From Deltaproteobacteria bacterium (lineage in GTDB: Bacteria > UBA10199 > SPLOWO2-01-44-7), in contig JAHFSU010000004.1 in the NCBI GenBank assembly GCA_023265595.1, forward strand, positions 1,667 through 65,666: a stretch of DNA of 64,000 nt. The letters are read 5' to 3'. A program made the translations under genes and the position numbers. The stretch's first letter is position 1, and each line of letters opens with the position of its first letter. The notes beneath the pieces were generated by a model. The model was not told the origin of the DNA and ran no database searches. It worked only from the letters and a program-made list of their open reading frames with translations. Positions 40,401 through 49,708 of this stretch are shown piece by piece.

Positions 40401-43184
40401 ATGTACGCGTTGACGCAAAACCAAAAACAGGCCATTGAGTCGATCAATAAACCGACCGCAATCATTGCAGGGGCCGGTTCCGGCAAGACGGAGGTCTTGA
40501 TCGGCAGGCTGCTGCACATTCTTAAAAAGAGGGGGAGCGAGCTGGGCCAAATTTTATGCGTCACCTTCACAGAAAAATCGGCGCTCGAACTCAAAAAGAG
40601 AATCACCCCTCATCTCTCCGAAAAAATGAAACGGGAACTCCCATTTTCTCCGATCGGCACCTTTCACAGTTTTTTTCTTAATTGGATCAAAGAACAGGCA
40701 CCGCATCTGGGACTTTCAGAATGGGTCTCTGTGCTCGATGAACACACGACCAAGCTGGTCATTCACAAACATTGCCGCAAGGAACTTCTCGATGCGCTGC
40801 AAAACAGAGATCCTAACGCCCTGCTGCTCATTGAAGCGATTGAATTCAAACAAGCCCTGCTTTTACTGGAAGAATTGATGCATTTTCGATGGCATGCAAA
40901 AAAAGTTTTGGCAAACAACGACCAGAAAATGATCAAGGAAACGCATGTTCTCTACCAAAGAATTCTTGATCGTTACACGGATGAAAAGTGGAAACGACAA
41001 ACACTCGATTTTCAAGATTTGGAAATTTTGGTGTTGGATCTATTGCGCCAAAACAAAGAAATTTTAAAAAAGACCCAACACCGTTTTCATCACATTCTCA
41101 TCGACGAAGCCCAAGACATGAATGATCTGCAACGGGAAATTGTGGAGCTCCTTTTTCAACCGAAACAAAATTGTCTCTGCATTGTGGGAGATCCAAAGCA
41201 ATCGATCTACCGGTTTCGCGGAGCCAATTGGGAAGGCTTTAACACAATAGTAAACCGGATTCTAAAAAATAAAGGCCATCTTATTGATTTAAAAGAAAAT
41301 TTTAGATCACGCCCACCTCTTCTAGATTTTATAAACCAGACCTTTTCACCCCTCTTTTCTTCCGAAGAATATCTCCCGCTGATCGCAACGCGGGAAACGG
41401 CGGCCGAAACCGGTGTTTCGATACTTCCGGTGGCCACCGCACCAAAAACATCAAAAGAAGAACTGAGAAAACAGGAGGCCCAGACCATTGCAAAATATAT
41501 TCAATCGGTCGTGCGACAGAAAAAAGCCCGCTTCGGAGACATGGTCCTTTTGTTTCAATCTTTAAACGACACCCGTTTTTATGAAGAGGCCTTCCGAAAG
41601 ATGAACATCCCCTATCGTTTGTTCGGCGGGCGCGGATTTTTGAACGCACAAGAGGTGATCGATCTCCTCTTTGTCCTGAAGTTAATGGTGGAGTCAAACA
41701 ACCGGCTCGCGTTAGTCGGGCTTATGCGCTCGCCATTGATCGGATTCGATGACCTCTTCATTACGCAACTTTGTCAAAAACATCCGGTCGATTTGGGACA
41801 GGCTTTGCTCCAACTCCCTGAAGCAGCATGGTTAAAAACCGTGGCTGATCAAAAGAAAAATTTAAGCGGCGCCGGAATTTTACAAGAGGCGGTCCTAGCC
41901 ACCCATTATAATTGTCTGGCCGACAAACTCGATCCCTCGGGGACAAAGTCGGCCAATATCGAACAGCTCATCGAGCTGACACGTCGCCTCGAAACAGAAG
42001 AAGAGCTGTCTCTTGCCGAACTTGTCGAATATTATGAGGAATTGAAAAGGCGACGCACTCCGCTGGCGAACGCGCCGGTTGTCAGCGTCGATTCGGATAC
42101 CTGTCAATTCATGACCGTGCATGCGGCAAAGGGCCTGCAATTTCCTATCGTGATTCTTCCCGATCTGATCCGGACCCCGCCGGCCAACTCCAACCGATTT
42201 CTTTTTGTCCGAGGTGGTGGATTGGGTTTTGCGCTCCGGGAAAATGAAAAAGATCCGTTCAGCCCTTTTATCCCCACCTCCAAAATGGAGGAACTCAAAG
42301 AATTTGAAAAAAACAAAGATTATGCCGAACGGAAGCGCTTGCTCTATGTCGCCTTGACTCGGGCCATGGAAAAAATCGTGATCGTCTGGCACAACGAAGT
42401 CCGTCAACCCTCACTCTGGTATGGATGGCTACAAGAAGCCCTCGCCACATTCAAAGCGATATCTGTGATTCCGACGGATTCCGTCGGTTTCATGCCGAAG
42501 CAATCGACCACACTGGGAACGAACACCCAAGCCCGCTGGGATGAAACCGTTATCGTCCACAACACATGGAAAAAAGAGATCCCCTATTACACGGTCACCC
42601 AACTTGCAAAAATCGATTCCCCCAGCAACCTGTTTGACCCGCTTCTAAAAAAGGAGACATTAGACGGCGCGGCACTCGGCAACTTAGTCCACGCTGTTTT
42701 GAAACAGATCGACGACTCCAAAAACCGAGATTGGAGTGAACGAATCCGTAGAAAAAGTTTTGAACTCGAAATGATTGTTTCCGATGAAGAAGTCCGAAAT
42801 ATCCAAAATCTTTTGCAGCAATTTTTGGAGGGAAATGCGGCGCCACCCACATGGAAAGGCCTACACGAACTCCCCTTTCAGTTTCGAACACCTAACGCCT
42901 TTATCACCGGCATTATCGATTATCTCTGGGAAACGGAACACGGTTGGATTGTGTCCGATTTTAAAACCGACGCAAAAATGGAACCGAAAAAATATCAATT
43001 CCAGATGGATACGTATGCGCTGGCCCTCTCTCGCGCGCTGAAAAAACCGGTCTTAGAGACCCGGTTGCTTTATCTAAAACACAACAAAGCCCATATTGAA
43101 CCTTGCCATCCGGAACGCCTGCAACGGGCCGATCAGGAGTTGATAAAAAGGGTAGATTCCTTTAGACTCTCAAATCATGATTGA
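40401..43184 (+). CDS. addA: AddA-like ATP-dependent helicase/nuclease (UvrD/REP superfamily 1 plus RecB nuclease domain)
   Basis: Walker A AGAGSGKTEVL, UvrD motifs (ILCVTFTEKSA.., IDEAQDMN, VGDPKQSIYRFRGA) and a C-terminal nuclease GIIDYLWETEHGWIVSDFKTD. Confidence 0.85.
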   Translation: MYALTQNQKQAIESINKPTAIIAGAGSGKTEVLIGRLLHILKKRGSELGQILCVTFTEKSALELKKRITPHLSEKMKRELPFSPIGTFHSFFLNWIKEQAPHLGLSEWVSVLDEHTTKLVIHKHCRKELLDALQNRDPNALLLIEAIEFKQALLLLEELMHFRWHAKKVLANNDQKMIKETHVLYQRILDRYTDEKWKRQTLDFQDLEILVLDLLRQNKEILKKTQHRFHHILIDEAQDMNDLQREIVELLFQPKQNCLCIVGDPKQSIYRFRGANWEGFNTIVNRILKNKGHLIDLKENFRSRPPLLDFINQTFSPLFSSEEYLPLIATRETAAETGVSILPVATAPKTSKEELRKQEAQTIAKYIQSVVRQKKARFGDMVLLFQSLNDTRFYEEAFRKMNIPYRLFGGRGFLNAQEVIDLLFVLKLMVESNNRLALVGLMRSPLIGFDDLFITQLCQKHPVDLGQALLQLPEAAWLKTVADQKKNLSGAGILQEAVLATHYNCLADKLDPSGTKSANIEQLIELTRRLETEEELSLAELVEYYEELKRRRTPLANAPVVSVDSDTCQFMTVHAAKGLQFPIVILPDLIRTPPANSNRFLFVRGGGLGFALRENEKDPFSPFIPTSKMEELKEFEKNKDYAERKRLLYVALTRAMEKIVIVWHNEVRQPSLWYGWLQEALATFKAISVIPTDSVGFMPKQSTTLGTNTQARWDETVIVHNTWKKEIPYYTVTQLAKIDSPSNLFDPLLKKETLDGAALGNLVHAVLKQIDDSKNRDWSERIRRKSFELEMIVSDEEVRNIQNLLQQFLEGNAAPPTWKGLHELPFQFRTPNAFITGIIDYLWETEHGWIVSDFKTDAKMEPKKYQFQMDTYALALSRALKKPVLETRLLYLKHNKAHIEPCHPERLQRADQELIKRVDSFRLSNHD

Positions 43185-44427
43185 GGCCCTTGCCAAAAAA
43201 ATGCATGAAAAAGAGAAGAAACTCAACGACTGGTTTCTGAAGAAATCGGAAAAGGTTATTTTGCCGATCACCATTTCGGTCGATATCCGGAATGCGGGCT
43301 ATAAAATTTCGGTTGTCGATACCAATGTTTTTCCAGCCGGTTTCAACAATCTTTGCAACAATTTTTCCAAGATCGCGGCCGAAAATTTAAGCCGCTACCT
43401 CGAAACCGTCCGGCCTAAGGCAAAAAAAGTGCTCCTTGTGCCGGAGGCCTTCACACGCAATCTCAATTATTTCGAAAATATCAAGGCGCTTGAAAATCTG
43501 CTCAAACTGGCCGGCTACACGGTTGCGGTCGGTTTTTTAGGTGAACCGCTGCCAAAAGACCCGCAGGAAACCAAACTCCCGAGCGGAGAAATCCTGAAAT
43601 TGGAACAGATGAGAAAAAATGGAAATCGTGTTCGTGTCCACTCGATGGAACCCGATCTGCTGATTTTGAACAACGATTGTTCGGACGGCATTCCGGAAGT
43701 GATCCAAAAAATCGATCAGCCCGTTTATCCCACACCGGAACTCGGATGGCACAGCCGCCGCAAAAAACACCATTTCCTAATTTATTGCCAACTCATCGAA
43801 GAAATCGCCAAAATGCTTGGGACCGACTGTTGGCGCTTTTGTCCGATCACCTCTGCCGAACACGATGTAAACATGAATATGGAGGCCGATATAGAGCGGG
43901 TTGCGAAGCGGATTGAAAAGGTTCTCGGAAAAATTGCGGAGAAATATAAAAAATATGAGATCATAGAAAAGCCGTACTGTTTTATTAAAAGCTCCGCAGG
44001 GACATTCGGTTTGGGGATGACTCACGTCGAATCGCCCGAAGAATTTTTACATTTGAACCGCAAAGCAAGACAGAAACTGACTTCAAGCAAGGGGAAGGAA
44101 ATTCCCTCCGAATTTATCATTCAGGAAGGGATCCCGACCATCGATTCTTTCGAGAAGGCCCCGATCGAGCCGGTTCTTTATTTTATCGGCGGCGAATCGG
44201 TCGGCGGATTTTTTCGGATTCACGAACAAAAAGATAACCGGACATCACTCAATGCGCCGGGCGCCCGTTTTGAATGCCTCTGTTTTCACAAAATCACGGA
44301 GGTCAAACCGGGAGAACTAACGCTCCACTGCAAAGACCATGAAGATTTTTTCACAATTGCAAAATGGCTTGGAAAAATCGCAACCCTCGCGGCGGGAATG
44401 GAACAACAGATCGTTCAGTCGGCGTAG
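43177..44427 (+). CDS. hypothetical protein, possibly a glutamate--cysteine-ligase-like carboxylate-amine ligase
   Basis: 416 aa, soluble. The assignment is only by weak overall resemblance and no diagnostic motif is confirmed. ATG overlaps the addA stop. Confidence 0.3.
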   Translation: MIEALAKKMHEKEKKLNDWFLKKSEKVILPITISVDIRNAGYKISVVDTNVFPAGFNNLCNNFSKIAAENLSRYLETVRPKAKKVLLVPEAFTRNLNYFENIKALENLLKLAGYTVAVGFLGEPLPKDPQETKLPSGEILKLEQMRKNGNRVRVHSMEPDLLILNNDCSDGIPEVIQKIDQPVYPTPELGWHSRRKKHHFLIYCQLIEEIAKMLGTDCWRFCPITSAEHDVNMNMEADIERVAKRIEKVLGKIAEKYKKYEIIEKPYCFIKSSAGTFGLGMTHVESPEEFLHLNRKARQKLTSSKGKEIPSEFIIQEGIPTIDSFEKAPIEPVLYFIGGESVGGFFRIHEQKDNRTSLNAPGARFECLCFHKITEVKPGELTLHCKDHEDFFTIAKWLGKIATLAAGMEQQIVQSA

Positions 44428-44783
44428 CCCTTTTCGACCCTCTCCTGCTCTTCCTTGCAACGGATGCACAAATCGGTGACGGGGCGGGCTTCCAGACGTT
44501 TCACGCTGATCTCTTCGCCGCACGATTCACAAACACCAAAGATCCCTTCATCAATTTTTTCCAGAGTTCTCTCAATTTTTTTGAGTAAAACCCGTTCGCG
44601 GTCGCGAAGTCTGAGATTCATTGATTGGTCGGCTTCGGTGGTGGCCAAATCGATTTCATCAGCAAGGTCTTCAGAATTAAAACCCAAGCCCTGCTCTTTG
44701 GTTGTACTCACGGCAGCCAAAAGGGCCTGTTTTCTTTCTTCCAGCAATTTTCTAAACCGGCCTAAATCTTTTTTATTCACTTG
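44415..44783 (-). CDS. DksA/TraR-family C4 zinc-finger protein
   Basis: C-terminal CESCGEEI...CIRC (C-x2-C-x17-C-x2-C) plus an N-terminal coiled coil. GTG start at 44783 with GGAGG 7 nt upstream is preferred over the longer ORF. Confidence 0.65.
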   Translation of the reverse strand, partial: QVNKKDLGRFRKLLEERKQALLAAVSTTKEQGLGFNSEDLADEIDLATTEADQSMNLRLRDRERVLLKKIERTLEKIDEGIFGVCESCGEEISVKRLEARPVTDLCIRCKEEQERVEKGYAD

Positions 44784-44874
44784 GAGCCTCCCCTTCTTCC
44801 CAATTTCGAGCAGGTGATATTTGACGAATAACCTTTTGTTGTCAACCCAAAATAGATGTGGCTTAAAGCGACCT

Positions 44875-45195
44875 ATGGCCAACTCCAAGCCACCGTTTCA
44901 TCCCCTCGACGAAATTCTAGGCCGATTTTTGAAAGGCCGCAAGTGGGAGGCGAAACTGAAACAATATTCGCTGCATACCCGCTGGGCAGAAATTGTCGGC
45001 CCCAAAATTGCCATTCAAGCAACCCCGACCATTTGGCGCGGCAATACATTATTCGTCGAAGTCTCCCATCCGGCTTGGCTGACGGAACTCCGGATGATCG
45101 AATCCGACATCCTCGAAAAAATCCGTTCCCATTGTGAAGGAATCGCAATCGAAAAAATCCATTGGATCCTAAGACCCGCTGTCTCACATAAATAA
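44875..45195 (+). CDS. DUF721 (DciA-like) protein
   Basis: ..LHTRWAEIVGPKIAIQATPTIWRGNTLFVEVSHPAWLTELRMIESDILEKI.. matches the DUF721 W-x-EIVG...L-x-V-x-V-x-S-x-W-x-x-EL pattern. Divergent from the dksA-like gene. Confidence 0.6.
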   Translation: MANSKPPFHPLDEILGRFLKGRKWEAKLKQYSLHTRWAEIVGPKIAIQATPTIWRGNTLFVEVSHPAWLTELRMIESDILEKIRSHCEGIAIEKIHWILRPAVSHK

Positions 45196-45227
45196 TCTTC
45201 TACGACGTTTGTGATGCGGCGGGTTTT

Positions 45228-45436
45228 TGCGAGGTTGTGAGGACTTCCGCGCACTGTTTTCGAAAAGACGTGGGTTGTTTTGGGGAGTTCCCCAAAACAC
45301 CCACTCGACCCTCGCCTCGCCGATTTGTTCCGCCCCACCTACACGGCAGGTGGGGCTTAAACCCCCAATCGGTGCGGCGAGGCTCCGGGACGCTTTTCTT
45401 AAAACAGTTCGCTCGCGTCCTCACAACCTCGCATCA
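45228..45436. repeat. structured palindromic element A, same family as the mutL insertion (candidate structured RNA or MITE)
   Basis: Long-range imperfect inverted repeat gcgaggttgtgaggac... against ...gtcctcacaacctcgc. It encloses nested hairpins (ttttggggagttccccaaaa; cccacctacacggcaggtggg; cctcgccg/cggcgagg). The core aligns to the reverse-complemented mutL insert. Confidence 0.6.
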
Positions 45437-45501
45437 AAAGAGCATATTGTACGGCCCCCGCAAAACAAAATGTCCGTTTTGTTTTGGAGGAGGGTTAAGC
45501 A

Positions 45502-45696
45502 GTGACATGGCAATGAGGGTGATGAAAAGCCTGCGGATGGCGATTTTATCAGCCGGGATACAATAAATAAAATCGCCACCATAGGAGCGAAATCAGCTAG
45601 CTCGGATGCGACGCTTTCGCGTCGCCGTTAAACGCTGTCGCGGGGCCGTCCCAAAAATTGTCGCGTCTTTTCAGCACCCTCATTGCCATGTCACTT
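45502..45696. repeat. structured palindromic element B (20-bp perfect closing inverted repeat around hairpins)
   Basis: gtgacatggcaatgagggtg (45502-45521) is the exact reverse complement of 45677-45696. Internal hairpins include ggcgatttta...taaaatcgcc and gcgacgCTTTCgcgtcgc. No plausible CDS. Confidence 0.5.
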
Positions 45697-45699
45697 CAT

Positions 45700-45752
45700 G
45701 GTCATCCTGAGGGCGTGCAATCCCGAGCCGGTCAGGACCCATCCCTTTTTGC
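45700..45752 (+). terminator. putative intrinsic terminator ending the dciA-A-B transcript
   Basis: GC-rich hairpin ggtcatcctgagggcgtgcaatcccgagccggtcaggaccc, then atcccTTTTTgcg. Confidence 0.4.
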
Positions 45753-45791
45753 GATTTCATTCGAGGTCGTAGAAGATTATTTATGTGAAAT

Positions 45792-46430
45792 TTAAGACTT
45801 CTGAAAGCAGCGAATCACTTCATCGGCTGGGATGGCGCCGTCGCGGATAATGCGCATCGTCTCGTCGGTCACGTCAACCACCGTGGAACCGCGCGACGGT
45901 TCCTGCTCTCCGGCATCGATAATACAAGCCAGCCGGTTTTCAAAATATTTCCGAATATGTTTGACGTTGAGCGACGGCGGAAAACCGCTCAAATTGGCGC
46001 TCGTTGTCGTCAGCGGCCGCCCCACTTTGGCCACCAAGGCCGCCGCCACCGGATGCGAAGAAACGCGGACACCGATTTTTCCGGTATTGGTCACCAGACT
46101 TTTCGGAAAAGAATCTTTCACATGAAATAAAATCGTGAGCGGACCGGGCCAAAAACGGCGCATGAGGGCTACGGCCCTCTCCGGAATTTCATCGACAATG
46201 TCACGCAACATGCTTCCATTAGCCACTAAAACGGAAATGGGGAGTCCGTAATCGCGGCTTTTAAGATCATAGATTTTTTTGATCGCCTTTTTGCTAAAGA
46301 CATCTGTTCCCAAACCGTAAATCGTCTCAGTCGGATAGGCAACAACCTCTCCCTTTAAAATGAAATCGGCCGCTTTGGCGACAGCTTCCGCCTCCGGAAC
46401 TTTCGGACTGATCTGAATAATTTCGGTCAT
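45792..46430 (-). CDS. tsaC: L-threonylcarbamoyladenylate synthase (YrdC/Sua5 family)
   Basis: KGEVVAYPTETIYGLGTDVFSKKAIKKIYDLKSR matches the YrdC signature. Start MTEIIQ abuts the purD stop. Confidence 0.8.
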   Translation of the reverse strand: MTEIIQISPKVPEAEAVAKAADFILKGEVVAYPTETIYGLGTDVFSKKAIKKIYDLKSRDYGLPISVLVANGSMLRDIVDEIPERAVALMRRFWPGPLTILFHVKDSFPKSLVTNTGKIGVRVSSHPVAAALVAKVGRPLTTTSANLSGFPPSLNVKHIRKYFENRLACIIDAGEQEPSRGSTVVDVTDETMRIIRDGAIPADEVIRCFQKS

Positions 46431-47683
46431 CGGCCGATATCCTTTCTGTAAACCATCCCCTCCCACGAAATTTTCTGTACCCCTTCATACACCCTCTCTA
46501 ATGCGTCATTAAAATCGCTCCCCAGCGCCGTGACACCCAGAACCCGACCGCCGTTCGTAACGATGTCCCGATTTTTTTTCTCCGTTGCGGCATGAAAAAC
46601 AAAAAGATCTTTTTCTTTGGAAATCGCTTCAAGCCCTTTGATGGAAAATCCCGTTTCGACTTTTTCGGGATATCCCTTGGAGGCCATCACCACGCAAGCC
46701 GCCGGCTTGGTCTCCCACGAAAGCTGTATTTCATTTAGTTCCCCTGCCAAGGCCGATTCAAAAAGAGCTACAAGATCGGTTTTGAGACGAAACAAAATCG
46801 CTTGCGCCTCGGGATCCCCCAAGCGGACATTGAATTCTAAAAGTTTCGGCTCACCCTTGTCGATCATCAGCCCCGCATATAAAAAACCGATGAACGGATT
46901 CCCTTCCGTTACCATCCCTTTGACTGCCGGCCACATAATTTTTTCCATCACTTTTTCATACAAATCGGTATTCATGATCGGCGCCGGGGAGATGGCCCCC
47001 ATGCCACCGGTGTTGGGGCCTTTGTTGCCATCCAACAAACGCTTGTGATCCTTCGCAGAGGCAAGAGGCAAAATATGATTTCCGTCGCAAACAGCGATGA
47101 ACGAGGCCTCCTCCCCCTTCAAAAAATCCTCTATCACGATTTTTTTCCCGGCTTCGCCGAAACGGCCGTCGACCAAGGCCTCTTCAACGGCTTGAAGCGC
47201 TTGCTGTTCCTTCTGACAAACAGTTACGCCTTTGCCGGCGGCCAATCCGTCTGCTTTTACAACAACCGGAAATGTCTTTGTTTTGAGATATTTTTTAGCT
47301 TCGACACTCTTTTCAAAAATCTGATAGGTGGCTTGAGGGATCGCAACCCGTGAGCAAAATTCTTTGGTATACACTTTAGAGGATTCGAGCAGGGCCGCCT
47401 CTTTTTGCGGCCCAAAAATGGGACAATGATTTTTTTTAAACAAGTCGACGATCCCCAATGCGAGCGGCGCCTCCGACCCTACAACCGTCAGATCGATTTT
47501 TTCCGATTTTACAAATTGCAAAAGGCCATCAATGTCGGTGGCCCCAATCGCCACGCATTTGGCCTGTGGGGCCATACCGGCATTACCGGGGGCACAAAAA
47601 ATTTTTGGATTTTTGGACGACTGGGCAAGCTTCCAAACCAACGCATGCTCTCTCCCGCCACCGCCGATGACTAATACTTTCAT
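46427..47683 (-). CDS. purD: phosphoribosylamine--glycine ligase
   Basis: MKVLVIGGGGREHALVWKLAQS and ATP-grasp blocks are typical of PurD. 418 aa. Confidence 0.95.
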   Translation of the reverse strand: MKVLVIGGGGREHALVWKLAQSSKNPKIFCAPGNAGMAPQAKCVAIGATDIDGLLQFVKSEKIDLTVVGSEAPLALGIVDLFKKNHCPIFGPQKEAALLESSKVYTKEFCSRVAIPQATYQIFEKSVEAKKYLKTKTFPVVVKADGLAAGKGVTVCQKEQQALQAVEEALVDGRFGEAGKKIVIEDFLKGEEASFIAVCDGNHILPLASAKDHKRLLDGNKGPNTGGMGAISPAPIMNTDLYEKVMEKIMWPAVKGMVTEGNPFIGFLYAGLMIDKGEPKLLEFNVRLGDPEAQAILFRLKTDLVALFESALAGELNEIQLSWETKPAACVVMASKGYPEKVETGFSIKGLEAISKEKDLFVFHAATEKKNRDIVTNGGRVLGVTALGSDFNDALERVYEGVQKISWEGMVYRKDIGR

Positions 47684-47691
47684 AGGGCCCG

Positions 47692-48561
47692 CTATACAAG
47701 CTTTTTGCGGGTCTCGTCAAGCCCCAGCCAAAAGCCATAAATCGCCTTCAGGGCTTTGCGTCCCCCTTCGAGATATTTCTCTTCATCAAAGTCGGGCGAA
47801 AAGAAGGTCTCCTCAAGCTCATGCGCCACATTGGCCCCATGGCCCGATTCAATCTGAAAATGATATTGAAAAAATCCCAAGTGGATCTCTTTTAAACCTT
47901 TCGGTTTGCGATGCTTTTCATTGAAGGCTTTAAGTCCGGTGATCAATTCATGCCAAAAATTGTTCGACTCTTCTCGGGGCCCCTTGCCGATCCCAAATGC
48001 CGCCCACGTTTCAATCGCAAAACTCGCACCGGCCCCGATATTTTTATCCATGCTGCCGTAAGTTTCATCCAACCCTTTGATAAAATCAAACGTCGCCTTT
48101 GTGCCGATATCCCAACGCCCCAACTCGTGGCGTGCAATCCCCAACGGCGCCGCCGTATCGCGCAACCAGTTGATATGCGCCGCGCGTGTGGCAAATTTTC
48201 CCCCTTCACAACTTCCCGTTTTCGGATCAAGCGCCACACCAATTTCATTGGCCAAAATCCAGCGGGCCCCGACTTCCCCCTCTTCGGTGCCGGCATTCAC
48301 CATCCGTTTACATTGCACAATGAGAAAATGATTGGAAAAGACCGAGAATTGTTTGATCATATCGATCACCTCTGCGGCGCCCGCCTCACCCTTTTTAAAC
48401 CATTTCGTATAAGGATTATTCTGAATAACCGGATGTTGATAAAAATCTTTTTCAACAATCGAAAGAAAACGGGCAAACGATTGGGCCTGTTCCTCCGTTA
48501 TCTCCCCTCTCTTTAATTTTTCTTTGGTTGACTCCGGAAGTTTCTCATATGTATTTGTCAT
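47692..48561 (-). CDS. hypothetical protein, possibly heme-oxygenase-like fold (TenA/PqqC/CADD-like)
   Basis: 289 aa, all-helical by composition. Resemblance to iron-containing redox enzyme family proteins is weak and nothing diagnostic was found. Confidence 0.3.
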   Translation of the reverse strand: MTNTYEKLPESTKEKLKRGEITEEQAQSFARFLSIVEKDFYQHPVIQNNPYTKWFKKGEAGAAEVIDMIKQFSVFSNHFLIVQCKRMVNAGTEEGEVGARWILANEIGVALDPKTGSCEGGKFATRAAHINWLRDTAAPLGIARHELGRWDIGTKATFDFIKGLDETYGSMDKNIGAGASFAIETWAAFGIGKGPREESNNFWHELITGLKAFNEKHRKPKGLKEIHLGFFQYHFQIESGHGANVAHELEETFFSPDFDEEKYLEGGRKALKAIYGFWLGLDETRKKLV

Positions 48562-48625
48562 GGTTTCTCCTTGGTGCCACAGGCATAATCAAATTTTGAA
48601 AGCATCGTCAATAAAGGAGTCAAAA

Positions 48626-49708
48626 ATGATTCAAATTCGCGACTATGACCATCTTGAGTTTTATGTCGGGAATGCAAAACAGTCGGCCTATTATTATCGG
48701 GCCATGCTCGGCTTTAAACTCGTTGCTTATGCCGGCCTCGAAACGGGCGTCCGAACCCATGCCTCTTATCTTTTGCAACAAGGGGATATCCGTTTTGTTC
48801 TGACCACCCCGTACGGCCCGGAACACCCTGCGGCCGATCACATCAAACTGCACGGTGATGGGGTTAAAGCGATTACGCTGGCAGTAGAAGATGTCGATGG
48901 ATCGTACAACGAAACGATTGCCAAGGGGGCCAAGAGTCTTCAAAATCCCACAACCCTCGAAGATAAAAATGGATCGGTGCGCATGGCCTCCATCGCCACC
49001 TACGGCGACACCATCCACACTTTCATCAACAGAAAAAATTATAAAGGAATTTTCCTCCCCGGCTTTGAACCGATCAAAAAAGATACCCTTTGCCGCCCCG
49101 TAGCGCTCCAATTTCTTGATCATGTGGTCGGCAATGTCGAGTGGAACAAGATGGATACGTGGGTCCAATATTATGAACGGGTTTTTGGCTTTCACAAATT
49201 TTGGAGTGTCGATGACAAAATTTTACATACCCAATATTCGGCGCTCAACTCGACCGTGATGTCGGACAAAACCGAAAAAATAAAATTCCCCATCAACGAG
49301 CCGGCGCCGGCGCTGAAGAAATCGCAGATTGAGGAATATTGCGATTATTATCGCTCTGCCGGCGTGCAACACATTGCGATGCACACCGACAATATCGTCG
49401 AAACGGTCTCCAAGCTCCGCGAAAATGGGGCTGAGTTTTTGCACATCCCCGGCAACTATTATGAGACGCTCTTGGATCGCGTCGGTAAAATTGATGAAGA
49501 TGTCAAAACATTGGCCAAATTGGGAATCTTGGTCGACCGCGATGAACACGGCTATCTCTTACAACTCTTTACCAAACCGATCGAAGACCGCCCCACCGTT
49601 TTTCTCGAAGTGATCCAGCGCAAGGGAGGCAAAAGTTTCGGCATCGGCAATTTCAAGGCTTTGTTTGAATCGATCGAACGGGAACAGGCGGCGAGGGGGA
49701 ATTTATGA
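48626..49708 (+). CDS. hppD: 4-hydroxyphenylpyruvate dioxygenase
   Basis: Start MIQIRDYDHLEFYVGNAKQSAYYY (AAAGGAG RBS). Two VOC domains and a C-terminal ..QHIAMHTDNI...FLEVIQRKG.. typical of HPPD. Confidence 0.9.
   Translation: MIQIRDYDHLEFYVGNAKQSAYYYRAMLGFKLVAYAGLETGVRTHASYLLQQGDIRFVLTTPYGPEHPAADHIKLHGDGVKAITLAVEDVDGSYNETIAKGAKSLQNPTTLEDKNGSVRMASIATYGDTIHTFINRKNYKGIFLPGFEPIKKDTLCRPVALQFLDHVVGNVEWNKMDTWVQYYERVFGFHKFWSVDDKILHTQYSALNSTVMSDKTEKIKFPINEPAPALKKSQIEEYCDYYRSAGVQHIAMHTDNIVETVSKLRENGAEFLHIPGNYYETLLDRVGKIDEDVKTLAKLGILVDRDEHGYLLQLFTKPIEDRPTVFLEVIQRKGGKSFGIGNFKALFESIEREQAARGNL

Noticed and set aside
44784-44888. Longer dksA-like model starting at 44888 (157 aa)
   Set aside because: The extra 35 N-terminal residues have no RBS, whereas the GTG at 44783 is preceded by GGAGG at ideal spacing and gives a DksA-sized product. 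Retained at lower confidence as an alternative.
45227-45566. Several 90-110-aa ORFs on both strands across the 45.2-45.8 kb region (e.g. 45227..45505 +, 45237..45566 +, 45015..45338 -)
   Set aside because: They are arginine-rich and have no RBS. They are simply translations of nested GC-rich inverted repeats, so the region is better explained as structured non-coding DNA or RNA.
45150-45800. Identity as RNase P RNA, tmRNA, SRP RNA or 6S RNA
   Set aside because: I looked for P4 (GGAAAGUCCGG / ACAGAAA), the tmRNA tRNA-like end and the SRP domain IV GGAA tetraloop context. None was found. 6S cannot be excluded by eye, but a perfect 20-bp closing stem plus a homologous copy inside mutL favours a repeat family.
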